Positions 16,047 to 23,598 of a stretch of DNA of 56,429 nt are shown one piece after another. Position 1 is the first letter of the stretch. Every line of letters starts with the position of its first letter. The DNA is from a virus. Below the pieces are notes generated by a model. The model worked only from the letters and a program-made list of their open reading frames with translations. It did no database searches and was not told the DNA's origin. The stretch spans positions 1 to 56,429 of the IMG/VR virus record IMGVR_UViG_3300012960_000001; one strand, 5' to 3'. The position numbers and the translations under genes are program-made.

Positions 16047-16820
16047 ATAATTTCGTTTATTACTTATAAAATTCTATAATTACATGCCCCTGGCAGACCT
16101 GCGAAGTCCTAAGCCAACAATTGTCACTTACCAGGGAGCCATACTAAAACACACCAAAACAAACTTCGCGATAACTCCCGCTATTTTCACCGTCCGTTGC
16201 CTTCAGCGTTAGAGGTTAGATAGCGGAATATGTTTGATCACTTCACCCCATTTAGCTCACCGGCGGGATATTCCTCTAAAAGACGAATAGAAGTGATCAA
16301 TAAGTTTTGTGTTGATGCGCGGACACCATTACGCTAGGTAGCTGGCATCGAACCAGTCTTTGTGAGGGGCGCATCCCGCGTTGCCCATCGAGCCGAACCC
16401 ATTGTATCAACACAATAATTTAATCCAATAAGAAAAGAACTTCAAAATTGGGAGGGTTTTACCCCTCCCTTTGTATATATCTAAGGTGGTGGCTACTCGT
16501 GGTTTGTATCATCTAAACTTGGGTAAACCTTACGAGCTTAAAAACCGTCTTCCTCTTAATACGCCAGCCAATTCCCACCTCCTGCGGTCTTAGTAATACC
16601 AGACAGTCGATACAGCCCGGATCATTTTTCACTTTATGAAAATCCAAAACAATTTCTTTAAAGTACCAAGGCTAGACAACCCCGGTGTTTGTATTAACTC
16701 TTATATTGATTATAACCCCAAATACTCAAATACCGTGTTCGTAGTAATCTTCTTATTCCCAATTACGCGGTTCACGTATGAACAGCCAGCGGAAGAAGGA
16801 TTTTATTGCGTGTAATATCT
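16047..16820 (-). ncRNA. Candidate large structured non-coding RNA region (ORF-free, helix-rich); strand assumed from the operon
   Basis: No ORF of 60 aa or more on either strand. Nested perfect inverted repeats of 11 and 10 bp plus several 5-7 bp helices. T-loop-like hairpin. Confidence 0.4.
16450..16469. terminator. GC-rich hairpin gggaggg-ttttac-ccctccc flanked by an A-run and a T-run (possible bidirectional terminator or RNA domain boundary)
   Basis: 7-bp perfect stem. Plus-strand tail is TTTGTATAT. Minus-strand tail is AATTTTG. Confidence 0.4.
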
Positions 16821-17216
16821 TTAGCATTGGGATAAGTTTTTGTCCAGTAATTCTCGGTGCTGATGTATGTTTCCGATTACCTCACAATCACACGCTACAT
16901 CACAGGTTAATAGTTCATGGTGCTGGTTTTTAGACCATTCCCCAAAAACGGCAAAGCCACCAAAATCTGATTCATATAACACTTCACCTTTGCCACGAAA
17001 CAGGTAGGAAGTATGAGGGGGCTCTTTTAGAATATCACCCTCATATATGTCAAAACCATTTTTATCTCTAAGGCCGGTGAATTGCATTAGGGGGTGTTGG
17101 CCCCCTGTTTCCATCCAACCTTCATAGATATTGAGATTGAACTCTTTTAACTTCTCCACCGTCAAGAAAATCATAGACTTGCCATCCCAAGCGCGGAACT
17201 TGATTTCTCTGTTCAT
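16821..17216 (-). CDS. YopX-family protein
   Basis: MNREIKFRAWDGKSMIF...LMQFTGLRDKNGFDIYEGDIL...VIGNIHQHRELL. Confidence 0.88.
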   Translation of the reverse strand: MNREIKFRAWDGKSMIFLTVEKLKEFNLNIYEGWMETGGQHPLMQFTGLRDKNGFDIYEGDILKEPPHTSYLFRGKGEVLYESDFGGFAVFGEWSKNQHHELLTCDVACDCEVIGNIHQHRELLDKNLSQC

Positions 17217-17225
17217 TTTTAAATA

Positions 17226-17603
17226 TTAAGGTTTGATAAACTTTAGCAGTGATCTTAATGCTTCCTCGAAGTTTTCGTCCAGGTTAATGGGCTTATTGGT
17301 GCATGAATAAGAGTAGGAGGGCCCGTATAGTTCATCCATCCAATAATAACTAAAGTATACACAGTAGTACTCATTCTTAGACTGAAAATCCTCATTGTAA
17401 ACACAGCCAAGTTTGTTTGCTATGGCAATAAAAAAGTCTTTTGTTTCCTCTTTACCCACGACACCGAACTCGATTTTAGCGTTTAAATCTGGTGAAATTG
17501 TGGGGAATAGACTTCGGAACAGTCCTATTAGCGTTTGCCTCGCACTCGGGTTATCACCATACGCTTTAAGAATATAATTTCTATCAACAGTTAAAGTGCT
17601 CAT
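17226..17603 (-). CDS. Hypothetical protein
   Basis: Track ORF, 125 aa. Confidence 0.6.
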   Translation of the reverse strand: MSTLTVDRNYILKAYGDNPSARQTLIGLFRSLFPTISPDLNAKIEFGVVGKEETKDFFIAIANKLGCVYNEDFQSKNEYYCVYFSYYWMDELYGPSYSYSCTNKPINLDENFEEALRSLLKFIKP

Positions 17604-17718
17604 TATTTTATCTTTTTATGATCATAACCCAGGTACACAGCTGCTATCCCTACTAGAATAATAACAAGTACCCATTTAGTTTGCTCTGAAGGCTGGGAAA
17701 GGAGCCAGGAGAATTGAA

Positions 17719-18201
17719 CTAGCATGGCTGAAGTGTTTTGTGTTCACGAAATTTAGCCTTGTAGGTAGGCTGTTCTTCGATATTATCAAGAGAAAGGAGC
17801 ACATCAACTACGGCGCACAGACCATTGTATTGGTCCTCCAATATTTCCTTTTCTGAAAAATCACAATATTCATCATACGAAATTTGTGTATTGCGTTCAA
17901 ATGCAAACTCGACTTTCGCTAAGTCACCATATTCATATCCTGTCAGATTGAAAATCTGTTCTTGCTCGGTTTTATTATCAATATTTATCCGTTGGATAGC
18001 ACCATCAGTCATGAATACACGGGCCCAGAATGAATTGTCGGTTGAGCAATCAAAAAAAGACTTGTTTTTCCTTATTACTCCACCTTGTGCATCAGCAATA
18101 ATATTTCCTACTGCACAGGCAACACAAGTTTCTTTGGCAAGGGTGCCTTCAAAAAAGCCTTTAACCAAGGCGTTATATGCTTTCTCAAATCTCGGAGTCA
18201 T
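17719..18201 (-). CDS. Hypothetical protein
   Basis: Track ORF, 160 aa. Confidence 0.65.
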   Translation of the reverse strand: MTPRFEKAYNALVKGFFEGTLAKETCVACAVGNIIADAQGGVIRKNKSFFDCSTDNSFWARVFMTDGAIQRINIDNKTEQEQIFNLTGYEYGDLAKVEFAFERNTQISYDEYCDFSEKEILEDQYNGLCAVVDVLLSLDNIEEQPTYKAKFREHKTLQPC

Positions 18202-18599
18202 TGGTCTTGTTTTAATAATGTATGTTGATGTTTAGCATAATACTCGTCCAGTTCCTTCCTGATCATTGGTTCATGTGCCTCTATGAACTCACCTACTAGT
18301 ATCCCCTGCATCTTAGCCGGTTGGTCGTGCCACCATTCCCAGAAATCAGGACCAAGATCCATGTAGTAATAAGCAGTTGCTATCCAATCTTCAAAGTCCC
18401 ACGGCATCCATTCTTTCACGAAAGCAGGAATATTAGGCTCCCACCAGGTATAGGATAATTCAGTTGTGAACCAGCCCAAGCAATCAGTATCGGACCAGTG
18501 AGTGATCTGGATTTTAGTATCCTTTGGTATCTCCCGGATCTGTTCCGCAGTCTTTTGAGGCCCGAAGTGGTTTATCATGAAATTAGTAAAGAGGTTCAT
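18198..18599 (-). CDS. Hypothetical protein
   Basis: Track ORF, 133 aa. 4-nt overlaps on both sides. Confidence 0.65.
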   Translation of the reverse strand: MNLFTNFMINHFGPQKTAEQIREIPKDTKIQITHWSDTDCLGWFTTELSYTWWEPNIPAFVKEWMPWDFEDWIATAYYYMDLGPDFWEWWHDQPAKMQGILVGEFIEAHEPMIRKELDEYYAKHQHTLLKQDQ

Positions 18600-18793
18600 G
18601 GTTGTACGATTGTAGGTTTGATAAGGGCTGCCCGGTGTTCAATGAACGCCAGAAGCTTTTTGTATCTGAGGGCCAGACGTCTGTATTTAAATTCAGTTCT
18701 AATTGAACCAAATGTGCGCCCCGTTTCTACTGCATCTTCATAGAGGGCAATACGTGCCTTACACATAACTTCATGGAATGCCCAGTTAATCAT
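18596..18793 (-). CDS. Hypothetical protein
   Basis: Track ORF, 65 aa, overlap-coupled. Confidence 0.55.
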   Translation of the reverse strand: MINWAFHEVMCKARIALYEDAVETGRTFGSIRTEFKYRRLALRYKKLLAFIEHRAALIKPTIVQP

Positions 18794-19137
18794 GGCTGCA
18801 CAGTTTTCAGGTTAAGGGCTGCTTCTATTGCCTCTTTGGCTTCATAATACCATCCAGGCACTAAGTACATCTGACTATCTTTGGAGCGATTATCTTCTTC
18901 CTCCACTGCTTTTATGAGTGCAGAGAGCAGGAGCGGAGAAGCGGCAAAAAGTGTGGCGGTTGCCTGTGCCTCATTTTCTCCAACGCCACCACCGTAGTCC
19001 GGATAAACCCGGCAATACATTCTGTTACAAAGTGTATTATCCGACTCTCTATGGTGCAGAGCATAAACAAACGCAGTTTCAGTAATTAGGTATGTTCCGG
19101 GCGTTCCTTTGTATTCATATTTCATTGAACCGATCAT
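18790..19137 (-). CDS. Hypothetical protein
   Basis: Track ORF, 115 aa, overlap-coupled. Confidence 0.6.
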   Translation of the reverse strand: MIGSMKYEYKGTPGTYLITETAFVYALHHRESDNTLCNRMYCRVYPDYGGGVGENEAQATATLFAASPLLLSALIKAVEEEDNRSKDSQMYLVPGWYYEAKEAIEAALNLKTVQP

Positions 19138-19325
19138 TTAACTGGTGTTTTAGTACTTTTTTCAATCTCCATTGCTAAATCAACCGCTATCCAGGATATC
19201 TGCTGTTCAATATCCCACTTATCAACCCCACGTCTTTTAGCCATGGTCTTTAGTATTTCCGGTTCCTCTCTTAGCTTTCGGTTATAAAAGGATACCGTAT
19301 CGCAGAATAATTCAATAGGTGTCAT
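19134..19325 (-). CDS. Hypothetical protein
   Basis: Track ORF, 63 aa, overlap-coupled. Confidence 0.55.
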   Translation of the reverse strand: MTPIELFCDTVSFYNRKLREEPEILKTMAKRRGVDKWDIEQQISWIAVDLAMEIEKSTKTPVK

Positions 19326-19346
19326 AGGGTAGGAATGTTAAGATTT

Positions 19347-19757
19347 TTACATACAGTTGTCCCAAATAGCATGTCCCATGCAATCTTCACAATTCAGTAT
19401 TTCATATTCTTCATCGTCAGTTAGGACAGCCTTTCCACAATATTGACATGGCTGAAGAATGCCCGGTAAATCCAAATTTGATCTGGTATCTTCTACTTTT
19501 GATAGATCCACGGTTTCAGGATCAAATTCCTGATACTCCGGCCTTTCTTTTAGCGTCTTACGGAAGCCCTCTTTCCAAGAGGCGGCAATTATTTCGTTCT
19601 TATCCATCATCCTACTGGCATCCGTTTTTACCTGATAGCCTATTCTTGAAGGCAGTCTCCCGTCGATATAGTCCAAAGCATTCGCGGCAGTTTCACCCTT
19701 ATTTAGTTGGTATATACCATGCGCCGCCAATCGTTGAATTATTTCAGATTTTTTCAT
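19347..19757 (-). CDS. Hypothetical protein with a C-terminal zinc ribbon
   Basis: CQYCGK...NCEDC. Confidence 0.6.
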   Translation of the reverse strand: MKKSEIIQRLAAHGIYQLNKGETAANALDYIDGRLPSRIGYQVKTDASRMMDKNEIIAASWKEGFRKTLKERPEYQEFDPETVDLSKVEDTRSNLDLPGILQPCQYCGKAVLTDDEEYEILNCEDCMGHAIWDNCM

Positions 19758-19769
19758 GACAGGTGGTGT

Positions 19770-20048
19770 TTAGGAGGTTTTAGATTCTTCGCAAAAGGAT
19801 GCACCGCATTGTTTACAATTCCCCATAACAGAAAACAAAATGTTTGTCCCTTCAACGGTATTCCAGGTACCACAGTGCGCGCAGTAAACGTCCCTCCCGG
19901 AACGATCACCGGTGTACGTTAACTCGGGTGTCCAGTGGCCTACAAATTCTCTGTAAGTGCCTTGTTCGCCATGTTTTGGTTTATAAATTTCTTTCATCAT
20001 TAGGGTGTTATTGGTGTTTGGAAAGCTCTGCAAGGGCGGCTTTAGCAA
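19770..20048 (-). CDS. Small zinc-ribbon protein
   Basis: CAHCGT...CKQCGASFC. Confidence 0.55.
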   Translation of the reverse strand: MLKPPLQSFPNTNNTLMMKEIYKPKHGEQGTYREFVGHWTPELTYTGDRSGRDVYCAHCGTWNTVEGTNILFSVMGNCKQCGASFCEESKTS

Positions 20049-20232
20049 TCGTGACAGCTATTCGTGCTAAAGTGCCTTCTGGTGTTTCTGCAGGTCCGAC
20101 AGGGCCACCAAAGGCAGAATTCGCACACAGCCCCTGCATTGCTGCCATAGTGAAAGTTTCCAACCTTGTTAATCCTAACCCAGAATCACCTAAAAATTCA
20201 GGCGATGGGAATGCCGGCATTGAATTATCCAT
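20008..20232 (-). CDS. Hypothetical protein
   Basis: Track ORF, 74 aa. Confidence 0.5.
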   Translation of the reverse strand: MDNSMPAFPSPEFLGDSGLGLTRLETFTMAAMQGLCANSAFGGPVGPAETPEGTLARIAVTIAKAALAELSKHQ

Positions 20233-20257
20233 TATTAACTATTTTAGTGGTGTATTA

Positions 20258-20500
20258 TTAATGTTTGGAGTATTTGTTACGGTAAATCTTTTCAGCCATC
20301 TTTTTGTTCCGGGCAGAAATCTTTATCCCTTTGATCACGAATTCGTGCATGTCTGTATTTTCCCGAAAGGAAGGAGGCACATCTAGCTTTTTACTTGGCA
20401 ATTCACGCTCATTTTGAGAGTCGTATCCTTTCATTCCTTGCGAATGACCGATCATCGCGTAAGCCATTAAAGCAGCAATAACAGAACTATTATGGCGCAT
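20258..20500 (-). CDS. Hypothetical protein
   Basis: Track ORF, 80 aa. Confidence 0.55.
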   Translation of the reverse strand: MRHNSSVIAALMAYAMIGHSQGMKGYDSQNERELPSKKLDVPPSFRENTDMHEFVIKGIKISARNKKMAEKIYRNKYSKH

Positions 20501-20503
20501 TTT

Positions 20504-20614
20504 TTAGTTTTTAGAGTTGAAGAAATCCCGGAATAAACCCGTCCTTGCTAATTTGTAAAGGGAGAGTAAAGCAATGCCGGCGATAAGAGCTATATAAATG
20601 ATTTGAGTAGTCAT
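20504..20614 (-). CDS. Small membrane protein, 36 aa (below the track cutoff)
   Basis: Hand translation: MTTQIIYIALIAGIALLSLYKLARTGLFRDFFNSKN. Confidence 0.35.
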   Translation of the reverse strand: MTTQIIYIALIAGIALLSLYKLARTGLFRDFFNSKN

Positions 20615-20635
20615 GGTGTACTGTTTATGGAGTAA

Positions 20636-20842
20636 TTAATATTGTTCATCGTGGCCTTCACACTGGTACTTAATGTGCTGCATAAAGAAGTATTCTCCGG
20701 TGGAACGGTCTTTCTTGTATCGGATACCAGCAGCTGCCAAATCTTTGAACTTGATCTGTATTTCCCGCTGATATACGTTATTGTGACCGCAGGAGCATTC
20801 TTGATGTACTTGCACTGTTTTGCAGGTTGTTTGGCGTGCCAT
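20636..20842 (-). CDS. Small Cys/His-rich protein
   Basis: Track ORF, 68 aa. Confidence 0.55.
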   Translation of the reverse strand: MARQTTCKTVQVHQECSCGHNNVYQREIQIKFKDLAAAGIRYKKDRSTGEYFFMQHIKYQCEGHDEQY

Positions 20843-20846
20843 TTGG

Positions 20847-21053
20847 TTAGTATTTAGTAATGATGTTCTTGCGGAAGTCTACGTTAGCCCGGATGATGAA
20901 CTTTTTCAGCTCATTAGACCTTTTAGCATCTCGGATCTGATTTAAGCCCCGTAGGTTGATCCGGAAGTCGACATCAAGGGACTTAGCAGCCCCGAGCATA
21001 AACTGTCTTTTTAATGCGTCTGTTTCGCAGTGGATGTTTAGGAACGTGTTCAT
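20847..21053 (-). CDS. Hypothetical protein
   Basis: Track ORF, 68 aa. Confidence 0.55.
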   Translation of the reverse strand: MNTFLNIHCETDALKRQFMLGAAKSLDVDFRINLRGLNQIRDAKRSNELKKFIIRANVDFRKNIITKY

Positions 21054-21065
21054 GGTGGTGTGGTG

Positions 21066-21272
21066 TTATAAGGATTGGAGTTTCTTTTTATTTGCTGCGA
21101 TAATTTCCTTTGCTTTCTCTACTACAATTATTAAATCATCATATTTTCTTCCCTCCCCATCAAGTACTCGATATATTGACCGAGCATTGATATTTAATTC
21201 CTGACAGATTTCGCTGACATTAACTTTCTTAAGGATGGATCTAAATTTCTTCTCTTGCGATTTTGTTAACAT
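21066..21272 (-). CDS. Cro-like HTH protein, first gene of the leftward early operon
   Basis: VNVSEICQELNINARSIYRVLDG HTH. Divergent from the cI-like gene. Confidence 0.6.
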   Translation of the reverse strand: MLTKSQEKKFRSILKKVNVSEICQELNINARSIYRVLDGEGRKYDDLIIVVEKAKEIIAANKKKLQSL

Positions 21273-21327
21273 ATGTAATACTTTTTACATAACACGGTTG
21301 TCATCATTATTTATGTCCCAATTGTGC

Positions 21328-21335
21328 TATATTTG
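21328..21335 (+). promoter_or_regulatory. Bacteroidota-type -7 box TAtaTTTG (TAnnTTTG) facing the cI-like gene
   Basis: Exact match to the TAnnTTTG pattern, 96 nt upstream of ATG 21431. Confidence 0.3.
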
Positions 21336-21358
21336 AGCCGTAATTATGACTTCAAAGT

Positions 21359-21409
21359 ACGTCCTTTTAGTTCGTATTTCCAAATGTTTTTTACGAATTT
21401 TTAGGACGT
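21359..21409. promoter_or_regulatory. Composite palindromic operator candidate in the cro/cI intergenic region
   Basis: ACGTCCT-n5-TTCGTA (21359-21376) mirrored by TACGAA-n5-AGGACGT (21392-21409). Confidence 0.55.
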
Positions 21410-21430
21410 TTTGTTCAAATAACTTCAAAA

Positions 21431-21685
21431 ATGATTGAGAATTTTGCAGAAATATTAAAACAGAGGCGGGAGTCAATGAAGCCACGATGGACACAATCCA
21501 AGGCGGCAGAGGCTATAGGGGTGTCTCTGAGACAATATCAGAAGTACGAACGCAATCTTATGCCCCCTTGGGACGTATTGGCGAGAATAAAGTACGTGTT
21601 TGGTATTTCACTGACAAACATAGAAGATGGCCCCAAAAGCCATAATGATCAAGTAATCATTTCGCAAAGACACCTAATAATATGA
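21431..21685 (+). CDS. XRE-family HTH repressor (cI-like)
   Basis: WTQSKAAEAIGVSLRQYQKYERN...IKYVFGISL. Divergent from the early operon. Confidence 0.75.
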   Translation: MIENFAEILKQRRESMKPRWTQSKAAEAIGVSLRQYQKYERNLMPPWDVLARIKYVFGISLTNIEDGPKSHNDQVIISQRHLII

Positions 21686-21912
21686 TACCAGATATAATAA
21701 TCCCTTCAGATAAGCAGTACGATTTTATTATAGCTTCCTTAATTCGCCAGGAGGCGATGCTAATGAATATTTCAGAAGGGCTCAATGTACTTGTGGCTCA
21801 GGCAGAAAAACGGGACTTGATAAGTCAACAGGACGTGTCAGATGCAGAATATGTAGTGAAATTAAAAGAGCTTGCTCGGAAATTGAATGAACTTTATTCA
21901 AAACAGGGGTAA
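21682..21912 (+). CDS. Hypothetical protein co-transcribed with the repressor
   Basis: Track ORF, 76 aa. 4-nt overlap. Confidence 0.55.
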   Translation: MIPDIIIPSDKQYDFIIASLIRQEAMLMNISEGLNVLVAQAEKRDLISQQDVSDAEYVVKLKELARKLNELYSKQG

Positions 21913-22196
21913 CAACCTTTTTTATTGGCTTAGCTTTATTTCGCATTAAGGTAGATTTTAACAGTTACAGAGGACGGTGGACTAACGGGCATAAGGATTA
22001 GATGATGTGGTTTGAAATTTCTCGTCCTACATAATTTGACAACGAATAGCTAAAATAAGTAAATGTTATGTCTTAATGAAATTTTTAACAATTGAGCACC
22101 GGCCCCAAGCAATTATTAATAATCGTAACTTCGCATTGATACTAAAAACATCCGAATTGACACCGCAGTATACACTTATTCAAAAATAAATTCCCT

Positions 22197-22754
22197 ATGA
22201 AAAAACTTATACTATTTGTCTTAATATGCCTTCCTGGTATCCTTAATGCCCAGCCCCTAAAGTATAGCAGGGCCTATTTGGGAGCCATTATCCATGATAG
22301 TAGACTTGGCGGAAGCATGATCTTGTCTTATGGGCTGAATAAATATTTAGGCATTGGTGCTGGTGTGGAACTCACTTCATATAGACCATCAAATACTGAT
22401 GATGCAAAATTCTTTGCCCCTTTTTATGCTGATGTAAGATTTAAATACCCTGTTAAATATATTGAACCTTTCGTTTTCGGGCAGTTCGGCAAGCATTCAT
22501 ATGAAAGCAATTTAGGCACCTATACAGATCAAACAGGTGCTCCCACCTTGAAATTAAGGGAGCAGGGTAAATACTTTTATGGAGCAGGATTGGGCATAAG
22601 TTCTAAGCACAGTAAAAAGGTTGGCGCTTTCGCCTCTGCAACATATAGACTATATAAATTCCAATATGATCCTAATAAAGTAGATTTCAATGGCCGGATA
22701 TTGGTAGATCGCGAACAATCAATGTTGATCATAAGTGCGGGTCTGGTGTTTTGA
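22197..22754 (+). CDS. Outer-membrane beta-barrel protein (porin-family/OmpA-like barrel), moron
   Basis: Signal peptide MKKLILFVLICLPGILNAQ. Alternating aromatic/Gly strands. C-terminal ...ISAGLVF. Confidence 0.65.
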   Translation: MKKLILFVLICLPGILNAQPLKYSRAYLGAIIHDSRLGGSMILSYGLNKYLGIGAGVELTSYRPSNTDDAKFFAPFYADVRFKYPVKYIEPFVFGQFGKHSYESNLGTYTDQTGAPTLKLREQGKYFYGAGLGISSKHSKKVGAFASATYRLYKFQYDPNKVDFNGRILVDREQSMLIISAGLVF

Positions 22755-22863
22755 TAATATAATATTATCGACCGCATTTGCTAAAAGTATTTTGCCGGGA
22801 TTTTTCGAGACCAAGTTTAGTAATCCCGCTTAAAACAAACAATGCTAAATACTATTTTCACAT

Positions 22864-22889
22864 AAGGCCCGCTGAAAGGCGGCCTTTTT
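22864..22889 (+). terminator. Intrinsic terminator after the OMP moron
   Basis: AAGGCC(C)GC-tgaaag-GCGGCCTT followed by a T-run. Confidence 0.75.
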
Positions 22890-22905
22890 CATTGGCTATA
22901 CTATC

Positions 22906-22918
22906 TATAAAATCTATA
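22906..22918 (+). promoter_or_regulatory. Late-operon motif tataaaatctata (copy 1, upstream of the terminase operon)
   Basis: Identical 13-mer at 30421-30433. 11/13 match at 43924-43936. Confidence 0.45.
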
Positions 22919-22951
22919 TCTTTACATTAATAAATAAATATAGTCTATATC

Positions 22952-23131
22952 ATGAAAGTATTTGGTAGAGAGTTATCAGCAGGCTTCCGTCTATGTCAAC
23001 AAGGAGATGATATACTATTCGGAATTGACCTCACAGAAGGTATTTGTGAACACTGTGGTAATCCGGTTCACGTAACACGGATAGGATTGGGCTTTGCAGA
23101 ATTGGATATCTTCTGTCAGGAGGGACATTAA
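22952..23131 (+). CDS. Small protein, 59 aa, first gene of the terminase operon (below the track cutoff)
   Basis: Hand translation: MKVFGRELSAGFRLCQQGDDILFGIDLTEGICEHCGNPVHVTRIGLGFAELDIFCQEGH. Confidence 0.45.
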   Translation: MKVFGRELSAGFRLCQQGDDILFGIDLTEGICEHCGNPVHVTRIGLGFAELDIFCQEGH

Positions 23132-23142
23132 AATACTAAATT

Positions 23143-23598
23143 ATGGCGCTCACTGAAAAGATGATAAGATTCTGCAATGAGTATCTCATTGACTTGAATG
23201 CTACCCAAGCAGCAATAAGGGCCGGTTACTCGGAAAACAGCGCTCGACAAATCGGAGATGAGAACTTGTCAAAACCAGATATTCAAGCTTATTTAGATGT
23301 ACGCCGTAAGGAAATACAAGCCAGGCTTGAATTGAACCAGGATTGGGTGTTAAAAAGGCTCAGGGAGATATCTGACCGCTCCATGCAAGCCGAACCCGTT
23401 CTAATGTTCAATGGTGAAGAATGGGTAGAAAGCGGTGAATACAAGTATGACTCTAACGGTGCCAATAAAGCAACAGAGTTAATCGGTAAGCATTTAGGAA
23501 TGTTCGTCAATAAGATCGATATGACTACTAAGGGCGAATCCCTCAATGATAAGAAACCCACTGTAACCCTCCCTGACGGAACCCAAATCGAAATATGA
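23143..23598 (+). CDS. terS: Terminase small subunit
   Basis: FCNEYLIDLNATQAAIRAGYSENSARQIGDENLSKPDIQAYL, classic Terminase_2 signature. Confidence 0.92.
   Translation: MALTEKMIRFCNEYLIDLNATQAAIRAGYSENSARQIGDENLSKPDIQAYLDVRRKEIQARLELNQDWVLKRLREISDRSMQAEPVLMFNGEEWVESGEYKYDSNGANKATELIGKHLGMFVNKIDMTTKGESLNDKKPTVTLPDGTQIEI

Noticed and set aside
16326-16334. 9-mer ccattacgc shared with the tRNA-like gene (15777-15785)
   Set aside because: The expected chance of one 9-mer match between an 84-nt and a 774-nt sequence is roughly 0.25. It is not evidence of relatedness on its own.
16300-16420. Second tRNA, permuted tRNA or tmRNA-like element (T-loop-like GGTTCGATGCC followed by a D-arm-like GCG-TAATGGTGTC-CGC on the minus strand)
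   Set aside because: I could not draw an acceptor stem or an anticodon arm with a 7-nt loop, and I found no tag-peptide reading frame. It is better described as modules within a larger structured region.
19844-20386. 180-aa plus-strand ORF antisense to three minus-strand early genes
   Set aside because: It runs against a continuous, overlap-coupled minus-strand operon. Its composition is Ser/Ala/Pro-rich, shadow-like. There is no start context or motif.
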